This document shows, piece after piece, positions 63,286-64,000 of a stretch of 64,000 nt of DNA. A program made the position numbers and the translations under genes. Each line of letters begins with the position of its first letter. Within the stretch, counting starts at the first letter, position 1. The stretch is from Candidatus Rehaiarchaeum fermentans (GTDB taxonomy: Archaea; Nanobdellota; Nanobdellia; Parvarchaeales; Parvarchaeaceae): positions 199 to 64,198 of the forward strand of contig JAPDLT010000002.1 in NCBI GenBank assembly GCA_025920435.1, read 5' to 3'. The notes below the pieces were generated by a model, which was not told the DNA's origin, searched no databases, and was given only the letters and a program-made list of their open reading frames with translations.

Positions 63286-64000
63286 ATGATTTCCGTTCAT
63301 TACGGCGAAATTGCACTTAAAAACAGAAATAGACATCTTTTTATTAAAGATCTTTTATATTCGTTGTTATATGTAACTGGAGGGCATCCGAAAGACATAG
63401 GCGGAAGGATAATTTTAGATGAGGGGGATATTTCTTTTTTGTCTTTAGTGCCGGGAGTTTCTTGGTATGGAGATACTTTCTTATTTAAAGAAATAAATGA
63501 GGTAGAAGCTTTTTTATTGAGTAAAGGTAAAAAATTCGATATAGAAGTAAGAAGAATTGATAAAAGCTTACCTTTTACTTCTTTAGATGTTAAGAAGAAA
63601 TTACTTTACTTAACTGATAAAAACGGAGAAAGAGCAAGAATAGAAATTTTTAAAGATAAAATCTTAGTTACTCTAAACATTAAAAAAGGGATTGGCGGGC
63701 TTCCTATAAATAAAAATAATAAGATATTGCATCTATTTTCAGGAGGGGTAGATTCTACTCTTGCTGCATTCGAATTGATGAAAAGGGGCGCAAATGTGGA
63801 TTTATTACATGTTTATGCAGTATCAGAAGATTTTGCATTAAAAGGCAAAATAGGGAAAATAGCTGCTTTCTTTAGTAATATTAAGCCAATTAGACTTTAT
63901 TTAGCGCCTTTTGACTACTTTTATTCTAAATTTTTAGCTTTAGATACTAAGTACGAAATAGTTTTATTCAAGCATTTTTTACTGCTTTTAGCAGATAGGT
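63286..64000 (+). CDS. thiI: tRNA 4-thiouridine synthase ThiI (runs off the window end)
   Basis: Open frame from ATG 63286 to the window end. It reads MISVHYGEIALKNRNR (ThiI N-terminus) through a THUMP-like region to the PP-loop LFSGGVDSTLAAFELMKRG. Confidence 0.8.
   Translation, partial: MISVHYGEIALKNRNRHLFIKDLLYSLLYVTGGHPKDIGGRIILDEGDISFLSLVPGVSWYGDTFLFKEINEVEAFLLSKGKKFDIEVRRIDKSLPFTSLDVKKKLLYLTDKNGERARIEIFKDKILVTLNIKKGIGGLPINKNNKILHLFSGGVDSTLAAFELMKRGANVDLLHVYAVSEDFALKGKIGKIAAFFSNIKPIRLYLAPFDYFYSKFLALDTKYEIVLFKHFLLLLADR

Noticed and set aside
1-64000. Remaining short track ORFs antisense to strong genes (e.g. 3092-3292, 6351-6563, 7465-7782, 7853-8314, 10731-10922, 15311-15520, 16760-17023, 19716-20021, 21351-21677, 23497-23718, 25555-25791, 27984-29237, 31330-31614, 32986-33186, 36157-37681, 38634-38855, 40991-41585, 43140-43343, 47661-48557, 50207-50389, 56769-57794, 58658-58849)
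   Set aside because: Each lies inside and opposite a gene with clear family motifs. AT-rich genomes generate long stop-free antisense frames, and none of these has a recognisable motif.
1-64000. CRISPR arrays, IS elements, integrases, prophage or plasmid modules, rRNA genes
   Set aside because: I saw no regularly spaced direct repeats, no transposase, integrase or recombinase-like ORF, no terminal inverted repeats, and no long G+C-rich structured RNA segments.

Overview
This is an AT-rich, very gene-dense archaeal chromosome segment. G+C is roughly 30% judged by eye on a few lines, not computed. Many neighbouring genes overlap by 1-30 nt. The gene content is unmistakably archaeal: Topo VI A/B, PolD small subunit, RFC small and large subunits, Orc1/Cdc6, aEF-2, aIF1, Spt5, CDC48, prefoldin alpha, archaeal-type ProRS, and eS8/eS17/eL31/eL39/eL41. 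By inference it is a reduced-genome DPANN-type symbiont. The evidence is fragmented ribosomal-protein clusters, miniaturised replication proteins, almost no biosynthetic genes, a type IV pilus locus and a lone cytochrome bd oxidase. A thermopsin-family protease hints at an acidic habitat. I call about 77 protein genes and 9 tRNA genes, and found no rRNA, CRISPR array, transposase or integrase. Main second-look items: (1) a circularly permuted tRNA-Lys(UUU) gene at 8393-8493, with the 3' half before the 5' half and leader/trailer forming a canonical bulge-helix-bulge that predicts the 30/31 junction; (2) a predicted replication origin at 47226-47441, with inverted ORB elements carrying G-strings, mini-ORBs and an A/T-only core, directly upstream of orc1/cdc6; (3) an uncharacterised Zn-ribbon/wHTH protein plus P-loop NTPase pair downstream of orc1/cdc6; (4) a KaiC-like ATPase fused into an operon with RFC-S and a minimal, catalytically degenerate RFC-L; (5) two intron-containing tRNAs, one with an imperfect BHB; (6) a 1-nt frameshift in rpl39e and an eL41 gene below the ORF-track size cutoff; (7) near-identical nucleotide blocks between the two AAA domains of cdc48.
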